Source of the DNA: Octopus vulgaris
Lineage: Eukaryota
DNA length: 64,000 bases
Reading direction: 5' to 3'
NCBI GenBank assembly: GCA_951406725.2
Contig: OX597820.1
Span: forward strand, 54,808,001-54,872,000
Numbering within the stretch: position 1 is the stretch's first letter; every line of letters begins with the position of its first letter. The notes under the pieces are model-generated. The model was given only the letters and a program-made list of their open reading frames with translations, did not search any database and was not told where the DNA came from. Of the stretch, positions 38,410-50,300 are shown piece after piece. The translations under genes and the position numbers were made by a program.

Positions 38410-38945
38410 ATCGGCCTTGTCTTTCAAAATAGTTGCTTTCACTGTTCATACATTGCTCCCAACATTTTTGTCAGCTCTGGAATAAGTTTTTGGTGTAATG
38501 CACAGTACTTGTAATAGATTTTCAACATCTATCATCTGAAATAGCTTTCAGTATTGAGAGCTAAAACACAGCAGATCCCATGAGTGTCAGGTCAATGGCA
38601 TGTAAAAGACACCCACTACACTCTTGGAGTGGTTGGTTTTAGGAAGGGCTGTAGAAACCTTTCCAAGTCAGATCGGAACCTAGTGCTGCTCCCTGGCTTA
38701 CCAGTTTTCAGTCAAACCATTCAATCCATGGAAAGATGACCAAATTCATAAAGTAGGACAGCTGTAGAATGAGTTTTCATGCCTTTGTCAAAAATTCTCA
38801 AATAAACAATGACAGCTGAACAAGTATGTTGTGGTGCAGTATCCAAATTTTGTTTGTCTTTGTTTCAGGCCTCATCCTTCACATTGCTTTTTTTTTTTCA
38901 GATGCCTCAGGACATCAAAGTAAAATTCTTCATTGATTGTCTCAC
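38410..38945 (-). mobile_element. Degenerate mariner transposase relic interrupted by an RTE tail
   Basis: GETINEEFYFDVLRHL and QKCWEQCMNSESNYFE resemble mariner 'GQTVN..YY..VL.RL' and 'RW..C....G.YFE'. Confidence 0.6.
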
Positions 38946-39479
38946 CATCATCATAGTCATTTTTAACATCTGTCTTCCATGCTGGCATGGATTGGATGAT
39001 TTGACAGGAGCTGGCAAACTGGAGGACTACAAGAGGCTTAAGCGATCTGTTTTGGCATGGATGCCATTCCTAATGCCAACCACTTAATAGTGTACTGGGT
39101 ATTTGCAGCAACAATGATCCAATTCACTGTGGCAGCTGCCTTTCTATTTCAATAAAAAAAGCATCCAGTCCACACTGCAAAGTGGTTGTCATTTGGAAGG
39201 GCATTCAGCTGTAAGAACCATGCCGAAACTGACCTTGCCTGTGCTGGTGTCACGTAAGCTCTCAGCCTACTCTAGGGTGGTTGGTGTTAGGAAGGGTATC
39301 CAGCCATTAAAAACTACCAAATCAGACACACAAGTATGATGCAGTCTTCTGCCTGGTTAGCTCCTATCAAACTGTCCAACCCATAGCAGCATGGAAGGAG
39401 GACATTAAACAATGATGAAACATTTCTGAAATTTCTCATGAGCATTAAAGCAATCAAATGGCATTAGACATCCAGTGGA

Positions 39480-40530
39480 TCATGCTAAGCTCATTTCTTT
39501 CAAGCCTACACATGTCTTCAGCGGTCACAGCCCATGTTTCACTGCTGTAAAGCATGGCAGTTTGCACACAATCATCATACAATCTACCTTTCACTCTGAG
39601 CAAGAGGCCCTTTGTCACCAGTAAGGGTAGAAGCTTTTTGAACTTTGCCCAGGCTGTTCTTATTCTAGTGGTAACATTCTCTGAGCATCCACCCCCACTA
39701 TAGACTGGTCACCTAGGTAGCAGAAGCTATCAACTATTCTAGTTTCTCCCCCTGACATGTGATGGAATCTGTTTTCTGAGCGTTTGTGCTGTTTATTGCC
39801 CTTGTGCATCTACTGCACATGAAAGCTATCTCCCTTTGATGTTGTTGCACCTCTTATGTGTCCATAACTTATACTGTGTACATCTTATGGAGTTTCTACC
39901 TACACCTTTTCTACAGATCGAGCAGGGCCATCTACCTGAAGTGGTGTGTGATGTGTTTGCCTTCCTACTTACTAGAACTTTGGTCTTGGCAACATTGACT
40001 CTAAGGCCCTTCAATCCTAAACCTTGCTTCCACACCTGAAATTTCTTTAGTTCTGGTAGTAATTCTGCTATGAGGGCCAGGTCATCAGCATAGAGGAGCA
40101 ACCTGTCTTGAATTCCTCTGTTATTGCCTGGAGGACTATGATGAATAAGAGGGGCCTGAGAGCTGATCCTTGGTGGACCCCTACTACTACCTGTAATTCT
40201 TCACTATACTCATTGCCAATCTTAACCTTACTAATGGCATTTCTATATAGGGCCTGCACAGCCCTTATTAACCATTCGTCAATCCACAGTTTCTGCATCG
40301 CCCACCAGATAAAGAAACGGGGGACCCTGTCAAAGGCTTTCTCCAAGTCCACAAAAGCCAAATATAGGGGTTTATATTTGGCTAGGTATTTCTCCTGCAG
40401 TTGCTGTACCAGGAATATAGCATCAGTGGTGCTTCTACCAGGCACAAAACCGAACTACATATCATCTAAGCAGACTCTTTCCCTAATTAGTTGGGCTATG
40501 GCCCTCTCCGTGACCTTCATCACCTGATCC
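39480..40530 (-). mobile_element. RTE-clade LINE reverse transcriptase fragment
   Basis: PGRSTTDAIF, FVDLEKAFDRVP, GVHQGSALRPLLF, LLYADDLAL, then WPCSICRKGVGRNSIRCTQYKLWTHKRC. Frameshifted. Confidence 0.92.
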
Positions 40531-40974
40531 ATAAATTATAATTGTTTATAAGCTTCACATTTCTCACCTACGGCACAATTTGTTTCACAAGAATCAGTGA
40601 TGAAATCCTGCTGAAAACTGTCCAGCAACAGTACCACCAACTACTGCTTTGTCAAAATGTATCTACAAGCACCAATGTTTGTTATGAAACAATTCTGCCT
40701 TTTTTTCAATTAATCATTTCCAAAATTTGTACAAATCCAAAGTCATCTCAGAGTAATGCATGAAAGAAAAGGCCAAGAAATGAGGTTCACTTGAAATAAA
40801 ACAAAGAGTTCTAGAAATGAGTTGAAATACTGCTAGTTGTGATAGAGTAGGAGTATTAGTACAGAAACGTTTTCTTTTACCTTCAGTTTCTTTTTAATTA
40901 CTCCTGTCCCATTCTAATTTTATGTTTCTCCCTTTATGATTCATCTTAGACAATAATCTATATAAAGTATATGT

Positions 40975-41320
40975 AGGAGCAGACGTGGCTGTGCGGTAAG
41001 ACATTTGCTTCCCAACTACATGGTTCTGAGTTCAGTCCCATTGCATGGCACCTTGGGCAAGTGTCCCCAAATATAGCCTCAGGCCAACCAAAGTCTTGTG
41101 AGTGGATTTGGTAGATGGAAACTGAAAGAAGCCTGTCCTGTATATGTGTAGGTGTTTATACCTCAACTGGTGTTGGTGTGTTTATGTCCCTGTAGCTTAG
41201 TAGTTTGACAAAAGAGACTGATAGAATAAATGCTGGGCTCGATTTGTTTGCCCCAAATTCTTCAAAGCAGTGCTCCAGCATGGACTCAGTCTAATGACTG
41301 AATTAAGTAAAAGTTAAAAG
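40975..41320 (+). mobile_element. Family A SINE
   Basis: Full head-body-tail. Confidence 0.85.
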
Positions 41321-41654
41321 ATTAGAATATTGTCATCATCGTAAAAAATACATATGTAGGTACTTAGTTTTGGAGTTATATCTAGGTGTGATGAAAGGAT
41401 ATATTGATTATTGATCTGTTCACAACGTTTCATCCTTTACATACATGATTCAGTTCATGTCCATTTTTTTATGGTTCTTGTAATTAAAATGAGTAAAAGA
41501 CAGGGAAAATGTTGTAACATGTATTTTTGAATAGATTATGCTGTAATGAGTGATGGCTTGTAATGCTGAGTGCACTTCCTTCTGAAACAAAAATTACCTT
41601 TGGCAGAGAGTTAATCTAACAAATAGTTTATTTTTCATTCACTTAATATCATGT

Positions 41655-41990
41655 GAAGGTACATAGCTCAGTGGTTAGAGCGTTGAGCTTATGATCATGA
41701 GGTTGTGAGTTCAAATCCTGGACCGGGCTGCGTATTGTGTTCTTGAGCAACACACTTTATTTCACGTTGCTCCAGTTCACTCAGCTGTAGAAATGAGTTG
41801 CAACATCACATGTGCCAAGGTGTATTGGCCTTTGCCTTTCCCTTGGATAACACTGGTGGATGTGGAGAGGGGGAGCCGGTACTCATGGGTGACTGTTGGT
41901 CTTCCATAAACATCATTGCCCGGACTTGTACCTGGGAGGGTAACTTTCAAGGTGCAATCCCATGGTCAATCATGACCGAACGGGGTCTCA
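41655..41990 (+). mobile_element. tRNA-derived SINE family D
   Basis: A box tagctcagtggttagagc, B box gagttcaaatcc, then ttgtgttcttgagcaacacacttt..ctcagctgtagaaatgagt. Confidence 0.75.
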
Positions 41991-42747
41991 GAAATATCAT
42001 AGAAACTAGAAATGAACACCAATGGTATGAACTACAGACTGAAAGAAACAATGGTCACTTTGAGACTGATAAGCAGTTTTTTTTTATTCAGATTCTCATC
42101 TAAAGCAATGGTTCTTGATAGAGGTCCATGCGAGGAAAACAGTAAATTGGGGATTACCTGTAATATACTAAGAGTCCATGAAAAGTTTTTGCTTTAGTTC
42201 AGTTTGCATAGTTCAGCCTACACAAGTTAATATGTAAAAAAAAAAAAAAAAAAGGAAAAGGGGTAATTTTGAAAGAAGAACCTATAAAACTTATCTTTAA
42301 ACATCGAATGGCTATGGGTGCCAACCAAAATAGAATAGTAACCAAAAGGATCCATAGATAATGAAAAAAGAAAAGAAAGGTTAAGAAAACCTTAGAGTCT
42401 AAGGGCTGACAACTAGCCACAGCTTATCTCCCTTGTTCTTACTGTGACGTGACTGTTGTATTGGTTTACATTCATTTTCTGCCTGCCGATAGTTAGAATG
42501 GTGTTAAATGTCTAAGAATTTAGTTGACTTAACTGAAAGTATAAAAACAGGAGTCTGACTAGCAAAAATAGGCATGCTGGCTTACATGTCTAAGCTAAAT
42601 ACCACTTTACTACATAATTATCGACAGTTTTTTTCTCTCTTTTGAAGTTGTAGGTTTAGAAGCTGGTGAGAGATAACAACCCTGAACCTAGTATAGTTGT
42701 TGCTTTTAGATCAGAATCAGTAATAGGATATATCCCTTGATACGTAC

Positions 42748-42813
<66 letters not shown>

Positions 42814-43269
42814 CAAAGGTGTGGCAGTGTGGTTGACAGATTCACTTCTCAACTATATGGTCTGGTTTCATTCTCACAGCATGGTACTTTGGGCCAGTGT
42901 TTTCCACTATGGTTTTGGGCAAACCAAAGCCTTGAGGTGGTTTTGTAGATGGAAACTGAAAGAAACCATTGGATTAAGTGTTGTGAACATGCTTCAACAA
43001 TTTTCTCAGAAACTAGATTGTGTAATATATGTGTGTGTTTGAAAAGGTATGTGGCCTAGTGGTTAGGATGTTTCACTCATGATCACAAGATTGTGACTGA
43101 AATGTCTTTTATGATAGGCATGCTCGATTAGGGTAAACCTGGCGCTAAACAACAACCCAACTACTTCTATAACATAATGCATATTTTGTAACATAATCTG
43201 TATGATTATAGTAGAATCAGTTAATTTTGGAATACAGTGTAAATCATTCTTTTTTCACAATGGAATATA

Positions 43270-45800
43270 ATAATAATAATAATAATAATTGTGTACAGTG
43301 CTCAGGTGCACTACAACTCATCTAAAGTGTATATATAATCAGGTGAAGTTTCGGCGGATTTCGGAAAGCATGAGGGCCTTAAAAGATGCAGTGTCATGGC
43401 AGTCAACAACTGACGCAGGCAGTTTATTCCATGCTTCAGCAACTCTGAGCGTGAAAAAATGTTTCCGAAAGTCATGGGAGCTGTATTGTTTTCTGACTTT
43501 GTAGGCATGTCCACGTGTGTTAGACACATGGAGATCAAAAAGGTGTTCAGTGTTGTTGTTGGTGAGGTGGTTGATAACTTTGTGGGTGTTTACCAAGTCC
43601 GTCGCCAAACGCCGGAGCTTCAGTGAATCCATGCCCAGGGAAACAAGGCGCTCAGAATATGGTAGGTGTCTGATGGAGGGTATGCGTTTGGTTGCACGTC
43701 TCTGGACAGATTCCAGGAGGTCAATGTTCTGTGCAAGATAGGGGTTCCAAACTGATGATGAGAATTCCAAGTGTGGTCGTACCATAGCTGTATACAGTTT
43801 TAAATAGATGGCTGGAGAGCGGCTAACAAAAGACCTGCTGAGTGATGCCAAGACACCCTCGGCCTTCCTGACAATCTTAGAGATATGCTTTGACCAACGC
43901 AAATCACTGCTGACAGTGATGCCTAGGTCACGCTCGCAAGAGGATTTCTTGATATCAGTGTTGTGGAGGGAGTATGTGAACGCAGGGTTTTTTCTCCCAA
44001 AATGCATGGTGGTACACTTGTCCACAGCCAGTTTCAGTTGCCAGTCTGTGATCCATTGCTGCATTGTGTCTAGGTCTGATTGCAGGAAAGAGTTGTAGAC
44101 ATCAGGATCTGTCCTCTTGATTTCAAGGTACAGCTTGATGTCGTCTGCATATTTCAATACTGTGGCATTCTTTAAATTGGCATCTATGTCGTTAATGTAT
44201 GCCACAAACAAGAGGGGGCCAAGGACAGATCCCTGTGGTACACCCGATGACATCTCATATGGTGTAGAGTGCTGTCCTAGAACTGTGACTACCTCCTTTC
44301 GGCTGAGGATGAAGGATTTCAACCAGTTAAAAAGGTCATCCCCCACACCCATTGCAGAGAGTTTCACCATAAGCCTTTTGTGTGGCACAGAGTTGAAAGC
44401 CTTAGCAAAGTCAAGGTAGACAACATCCACCCATGAGCCACTGTCAGTAATCTGAGTAATGTCCTCAAGGAACTCGACAAGCTGGTCACTGCAGCTGGAG
44501 TTAGGGACAAATCCATATTGTGAGGGTCGGATGAGACTGTGAGAGCTCCAGAAGTTCCAGAGTGTTTCTCTGACACACGATTCCATCAGTTTTGCAATAC
44601 AGCTAGTGAGACTGACTGGGCGATAGTTGACAGGTGATGTGCGGTCGCCCTTTTTGAACAGAGGAATGACACTGGCAGTTTTCCACTGCTCCGGAGTAGC
44701 ACCATTGTTGAGACAGTACTGGAAGAAAATAGAAAGCTGGTGTAAAAGGAAGTGCCTGCCACGTTTGAGAAGCAGGTATGTAACTCCATCGAGACCAGGG
44801 GAGGCATAGTTGCGCTTATTTTGAAGGTGATGTCGCAGCATTGCAGGTGTAAATTGCATAGTTGTTATGGAGTTTGCTGTTAGTGATGGTGAAGATGGTA
44901 CATTTTGACTTTCAACAGTGAATATGTTTGCATAGCACTCGGCAATGAGTTCTGCGCATTCCTTGGGGTCGTCAGTGATCTGGTTTGTGTGAGGGTTGCG
45001 AAGAGGGCCCACTGGAGAGTGAGGTCTCTGCTTTGAGTGCACATATTTCCAGAAAACCTTGCTGTCAGGATTGGCTGCTATGCACTGTTCAAATTCAAGC
45101 ACTGCTTTTTTTGTCACTTGCTTGAGATGGTTGGAGGATTTATTCCGCTTCTTCCTGTTGGTGTCTGATTTATGCAACCTGTATTCCCGTTCAGCAGTCC
45201 GACGTTCCCTCTTGGCAAGTCGGACCGCTGAAGTTTCCCAAATTGCCCTTTTGGGGCGGTTCTTCTTTTTTTGTTTACATGGCACTGATGCTGCACATGC
45301 TGCCCATATTGAGTCCAGGATACTCTGGAGTATAGTATTCACATCTCCAGAGTTGTAGAATTCACGCCAGTTTGGGTGCTGTAGTTCAGTGTGGTACAGG
45401 TTCCAATCTGCTCTCTTCCAATCGAAGGAAGCAGATTGGAGATGGTTCAGGTTTTTGTTGCCCGCAAGAGCCAGATTGGCGATGATCATAGCATGATCAG
45501 AGTCACCTAGAGGTTCCTCCGTAGTGCAATTGATAACCGCTTCAGGAGTTGTGGTGAAGAGCAGGTCCAAGGTGTTGTCGCCTCTTGTTGGAGAGGTGAC
45601 TACTTGTGACCAGTTTGAGTCCAGCACAAGCTCAACAAAATCGTTTGCACTCTGTGGCCAATGGAAGGTCTCCCAATCGATCTCAGGATGATTGAAATCG
45701 CCTGCAATAAACACATAAGTGGCTGTTTTCCTGGCAGCAGCTCGGAGGACATTGCAAAGCTGTGTGTCCCGATGGTAACTTGGGGGACGATAAACAACGC
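43270..45800 (-). mobile_element. CR1-type LINE, 5'-truncated within the endonuclease, ORF2 still open
   Basis: Frame is open from VVYRPP (~45798) to stop at 43339. Short 3' UTR ends in (TTA)n at 43270-43290. Confidence 0.93.
43339..45714 (-). CDS. LINE ORF2 (partial APE endonuclease + reverse transcriptase)
   Basis: GDFN, LDLLFT, SDH (APE); NYRPVSLTS, QYGF, YLDFAKAF, GVPQGSVLGPLLF, YADD (RT); CR1-like C-terminus RPHLEF..WNP, TRGH..K, WNKLP. Not a true start codon. Confidence 0.9.
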   Translation of the reverse strand: MFIAGDFNHPEIDWETFHWPQSANDFVELVLDSNWSQVVTSPTRGDNTLDLLFTTTPEAVINCTTEEPLGDSDHAMIIANLALAGNKNLNHLQSASFDWKRADWNLYHTELQHPNWREFYNSGDVNTILQSILDSIWAACAASVPCKQKKKNRPKRAIWETSAVRLAKRERRTAEREYRLHKSDTNRKKRNKSSNHLKQVTKKAVLEFEQCIAANPDSKVFWKYVHSKQRPHSPVGPLRNPHTNQITDDPKECAELIAECYANIFTVESQNVPSSPSLTANSITTMQFTPAMLRHHLQNKRNYASPGLDGVTYLLLKRGRHFLLHQLSIFFQYCLNNGATPEQWKTASVIPLFKKGDRTSPVNYRPVSLTSCIAKLMESCVRETLWNFWSSHSLIRPSQYGFVPNSSCSDQLVEFLEDITQITDSGSWVDVVYLDFAKAFNSVPHKRLMVKLSAMGVGDDLFNWLKSFILSRKEVVTVLGQHSTPYEMSSGVPQGSVLGPLLFVAYINDIDANLKNATVLKYADDIKLYLEIKRTDPDVYNSFLQSDLDTMQQWITDWQLKLAVDKCTTMHFGRKNPAFTYSLHNTDIKKSSCERDLGITVSSDLRWSKHISKIVRKAEGVLASLSRSFVSRSPAIYLKLYTAMVRPHLEFSSSVWNPYLAQNIDLLESVQRRATKRIPSIRHLPYSERLVSLGMDSLKLRRLATDLVNTHKVINHLTNNNTEHLFDLHVSNTRGHAYKVRKQYSSHDFRKHFFTLRVAEAWNKLPASVVDCHDTASFKALMLSEIRRNFT

Positions 45801-45850
45801 ATATATTTATGTTATTTTAACAATACACATTATATTCAGTGTGGGCTGAA

Positions 45851-45940
45851 ATGAAGATCCTTCGAGTGTGGACAGCATCGATGTTCTCAAATCAATCAGT
45901 CCGGCCGTCACCAATTTCTCAAATTGTTCTATCTGGTGCA
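45851..45940 (+). pseudogene. Degenerate partial duplicate of the exon at 47159-47327
   Basis: gacagcatcgatgttctcaaatcaatcagtccggccgtc vs gatagcaccgatgttctgaaatcaatcagtccggccgtc (3 mismatches in 39 nt), with weaker flanking similarity. Confidence 0.75.
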
Positions 45941-46580
45941 ATATATATATATAATGCACAATTGCTGTTAGAACAGCAAAAACACCAGGTAAATTACCCT
46001 TACAAAGTGGAAAAATTTGTCAACAAACAGCCATGGGTTTCGAACTAACATCCCTCAAGACTCTGGCAGAGTGCATTAAGCTCTGACAAATTCATCCGCA
46101 ACTTTAGATGCTAAATAGCTAATAGAACAACTATGTGTATATAAATGTAAACAAACTAACATTTGTTTTTTTATGTGGCGAAACATGTATTGTACAATAC
46201 AAATAAGGTGATACTTTTTCGAATGCAGAATTGCCATTAAAACAGCAGAAAGGCTGGGTATATTTTTGTTAGATTTCCTTGTATGTCTCCACTGTACTGT
46301 TTTTGTTCCCAACTTCGACCCTCCACAAATCCCAAATTTTATTTTGGTACGTATGAGAGCAACTGTCTTCGAAGGCTCATATTGTCGTTCAATGCTCGAA
46401 ATGAGGAGTAGATAGACAGCCGTCAACTGATGAAGGGTCGTTCTTTATGTTACTTGTCCTGTTTTCCATTCGCTTCTCTCGTTGTTTGCGTATTGAACTA
46501 ATTTGTTTCCGTATTTCATGTTGTTTACTGCTGGTGACGTCCTATACACACACACATATATATATACATACATGCATATA

Positions 46581-46613
<33 letters not shown>

Positions 46614-46618
<5 letters not shown>

Positions 46619-46828
46619 GAGGGGGGGGTACTGAAAAGTTCCTGGCTTTAAGGGTGTCGTGAAAGGCCTGGTTGGAGGCACAACTTTCCAAGTTCTTTTA
46701 CAGGGTTTAGAAAAACTGAAGGAATGCTGCAAATCTGAGAGGGGAATATGTTGAATAAGATCATAATTAACTGATCCTCCTGTATTTTCTTTCACCCAAA
46801 GCCAGGAACTTTTCAGCACCCACTCGTG
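46614..46828. mobile_element. Mariner-type MITE (second copy)
   Basis: TIRs gtactgaaaagttcctggc / gccaggaacttttcagcac. Internal sequence matches 36787-37002. Confidence 0.8.
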
Positions 46829-47059
46829 TCGGTGTGTGTGTGTGTATGTATATTAGTGTTTGTATGTCAAGTTATATAAAGACAGTTTAACATTAAACTG
46901 AAAGATTACTCAATACTTTTTCGTATTCATTAATTCTTATAAGGTCGACAGAAATCTGTCAACTTTTCCTTGTGTTCACTGTAAAGCAAAAATTAAACGA
47001 ATGGAAAGAAAACGTAAGAAGACCATCAATAATTAACAATAACCAGGTTAAAGATAATT

Positions 47060-47168
47060 TGTAGCTCGCGCCAAATGACGTCACAGCCGAGCACCGAGCG
47101 CACAATTTCTTCAGTTTGTGCGGGGCTGCTGTCTCGGATGAGGTTAAATGTCTCCAAGATGGCGGCGT
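47060..47168 (+). promoter_or_regulatory. CpG-rich promoter with E2F, CRE and YY1-like motifs
   Basis: TCGCGCCAAA (47066-47075; E2F TTTGGCGC on -), TGACGTCA (47076-47083), CAAGATGGCGGC overlapping the ATG. Confidence 0.6.
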
Positions 47169-47327
47169 CCATGGAGGTTCCGTCTGATAGCACCGATGTT
47201 CTGAAATCAATCAGTCCGGCCGTCGAACGACCGCCGCCAATGTCTCAATCAGCTGGTGAAACGACTTCCAAAGTTCAACCCGCCCTACCGCCTTACATGC
47301 CAGCGTGGAGGAGGGCTCGATACGAAA
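47159..47327 (+). CDS. First coding exon of an unidentified gene (MAASMEVPSDSTDVLKSISPAVERPPP..PPYMPAWRRARYE, phase-1 end)
   Basis: aagATGg Kozak context, GC/CpG-rich open frame, consensus donor AAA|GTAAGT at 47328. No second exon identified in the window. Confidence 0.75.
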
Positions 47328-50300
47328 GTAAGTTCAATTGTTTATCTTAAACGTGTTTATTGTTATTTCAATTCACTAAAACTTTTTTTTTCCTTTTTTC
47401 CTCCATGCTGTTGGTGGGTGTGTTCACGCCGTTGCGTGTTTCAATATGTGTGCTTATATATATAAGAAGAAAAATTATATGTGTGTGTGCTGTTTTTCCA
47501 CACTATAACGTGCAACTTATCTTTGTTATTTCTTTTTCGAAAGAGATGTTTTTTTTTTGTTTACATATGTTTATTTTGTTTTGTATATACATGCATATAC
47601 ATACATCGTGTGTATGCATACCTATATAAATAAATATACAAACATAAACATAAATATGCATACGTTTATATCATATATGTATGCATGTATTATAATGGTT
47701 ATATGAGTATTTTGGTAATCTTTCGTTTTAGGTCTACTAGAAACGAAAGATTGCCAGTATTTTAAAGCTGTATATACTTGGCAAGTGACTTCATCTGAAA
47801 TCGTGTGTTGAAACTAAAAAAAAAAAAAAATTACATCGTGGAAAATTCTTGCTAGCCGTTTAGAGCACACACATACCAATATGTTTAGTTTGTTTTATTT
47901 CTTAATACTATACTATAAAGCTGGTAGACGTTTCGACGAACATGCAACCTGATCGTTCACACAAATTTCCTCCTATGAAGCTTTTTCACTCTTAAAAGCG
48001 AATGCAACGAGTTATATAGCTACTGTTACTCTTTCATGATGTAATTGTTATGTATATACGGTAAACATTAGTTGCATATGTGGTTGAGGTCAGCGCATGC
48101 TATTGACCAGGATGTTTTGAAATCAGCGAAAGGAAGAAAGTGGGAGGAGAAATCACACCTGTCATATAACATGCTTCGCCAAAATCAGGCTGTGATCGAA
48201 GTTCTTGTACTGATAGTGAGATAAAGAAATAACGTATTAGGAAATTAATTTGCCGAAGTAAGCAACCAAATTATCTCGAATCACTCTTTTAAAAATAGAA
48301 AGATAATGTTGTCCTAGATACTTCAAGGCTGGAATACCTTTGATCATAGGCCTGCCCAATCAGTACTGGGTTGCGGTGAATGCAGTCCACTGTTCTTTGG
48401 AGTAAACACCTGTCAAACACTAGATGTGATGGGTAAATGAAGGTTTAGTGTTTCAAGAAGCTTACAGACGAACTAGAGTTTCCTTTATCAGGTTTAAACA
48501 AATAACGACGATTTTTTCTTACATAAATACAAAACCTGGATTTTGCGGGGAAGAAACAGTCAATTAAGAAAAAAAAAATCGACCTAGTACTTAATTTTAT
48601 CGACTCTAGAAGAAGAAATACTCATTCGATATCAGTAGGATTTGAACTTAGTATGTAGAGTGCTGTAATAAATAGCACAAGATATTTTGTTCGATGTCCT
48701 TCTGATTTACCGGCCCACCACCCTGAATAAAAATCGAAGGTAATGATGTGGGTATACGCTGAGAACAGCGCCGGCGAAAATGAAAGCTTTTGGGTGAAGC
48801 TGTCGTATTACCCTTGTTAAATTATGCTTATATTTGGTGAAACAATAACTCAGTAGTCGTGTGTGTATGACCCATTACAATATGTATGTGTGTGTGTGTG
48901 ATTAGATAAAATAATCTTTTTATCCATTTTTATAAACATTAATTTAACAGTGATAATGCGACATTTTCTGTTACGTAGAGGTTTTCAATTTTGCAAAAGC
49001 TTTTATTGTCGTCGACGCTGTTATGTATCTATACCGTATGTTTATTTTTGCAAGGCAAAATGCACAAATGACACCGGATCTGTAATTATCGTTTGCATTG
49101 GTACTCAGTTCAGAAATGTAATATAAAATGTTGCTAATTATTTAATAGTTGTAATACTAGCAATTATTTTGTCGACACCAAGAGGAAAAGAAAATACAAT
49201 CTAGGTGACATTTGAACTCAGAACTTAAAGGGGCACAACTAAACAAGGCAACGCATTTTTGGTACTTTGCTAATTCTACCTATGTCCGCCCCTAATTAGG
49301 ATTTCTTATATTGTCACGACGCCAAGTGCAATGTGCGTAATCTATCGAATGTGACTCGGCATTCTTTCCGTTCGTGACCACATATCGAAAATAGAAGTAT
49401 TGATACTATTCCGAAATGTTCAACCATCCTTTTATATTTCAGAATTTCTTCGGGTTCCTATGTTTTCAACGACAGAGATCTCCCATTTCTACAATTTTGT
49501 TTTTTAACCTTTTCCCCCCCCTTCTGGTGGGGGTGATTTCAGGTTTAAAAATACAAAAATTACGATTCTGAAAAAAAAAACATTTAAAAAAAATTTTCAG
49601 TTTCTGAACATAAGGTAATTCTATCGACTATTTAACGAAGTCAAAACTATGCTGACTCTGTCAGAATTAGAATCAGAGCATTAAAAAACAACAAAAACTC
49701 GAAACTAAATACTGCATTTCATTTAATCAGCATGCTACTGTATGTTTCATAGCAATTTCTTTGTTCATCACAAAGGCAACAAAGAGACAACATTATAACG
49801 TAATTCTGAACAAACACTATACAAATCATCTTCATCATTTTATGTTCGTTTCTCCGTGATTGTATGGGTTGGAGTGGCCTTGCCATTTGTTGCATGAGGT
49901 TCAGCATCTTGTCCCAGCTTTCACCACTTTTTCCTCCGTTTTATTATTTAGCAGTCTCCTTCTTATGTGTATATTTCTGGTTCCCCAAATGAGAGATAAT
50001 CAGTCAGGAAAGATAGCATTTCTCAATAATAATCATAATATAACGTTCTGAGTTTAAATTTTGCTGGGGTCAACTTTGCTTTTCATCCTTTCAAGGTAGC
50101 TAAAATGAAATATTAATCAAGTTATAGAGAAACAAAACTTTAGACTGTAATAAGCATGTGGCTTGTTTATTGTTTCAGACATCTTTACCTTGCTATTCAC
50201 CCTCCCCCTAAAAGAAGCCACGTTGATGTCCTCTAATGATTGTAAATTATATATCGTAAAGCTCTCTTAATAGGTTCCCCGCTTCTTTTTAAATACGTAC

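Noticed and set aside
41655-41735. tRNA gene
   Set aside because: A/B boxes are present but acceptor and anticodon stems do not pair properly, and it continues into a SINE body. Same for 26820-26895 and 43045-43100.
47732-47810. Candidate exon 2 of the 47159 gene (ttttag acceptor, short open frame)
   Set aside because: Runs into a dispersed repeat (reverse complement of about 1820-1900), reaches a stop, and has only a weak GC-type donor.
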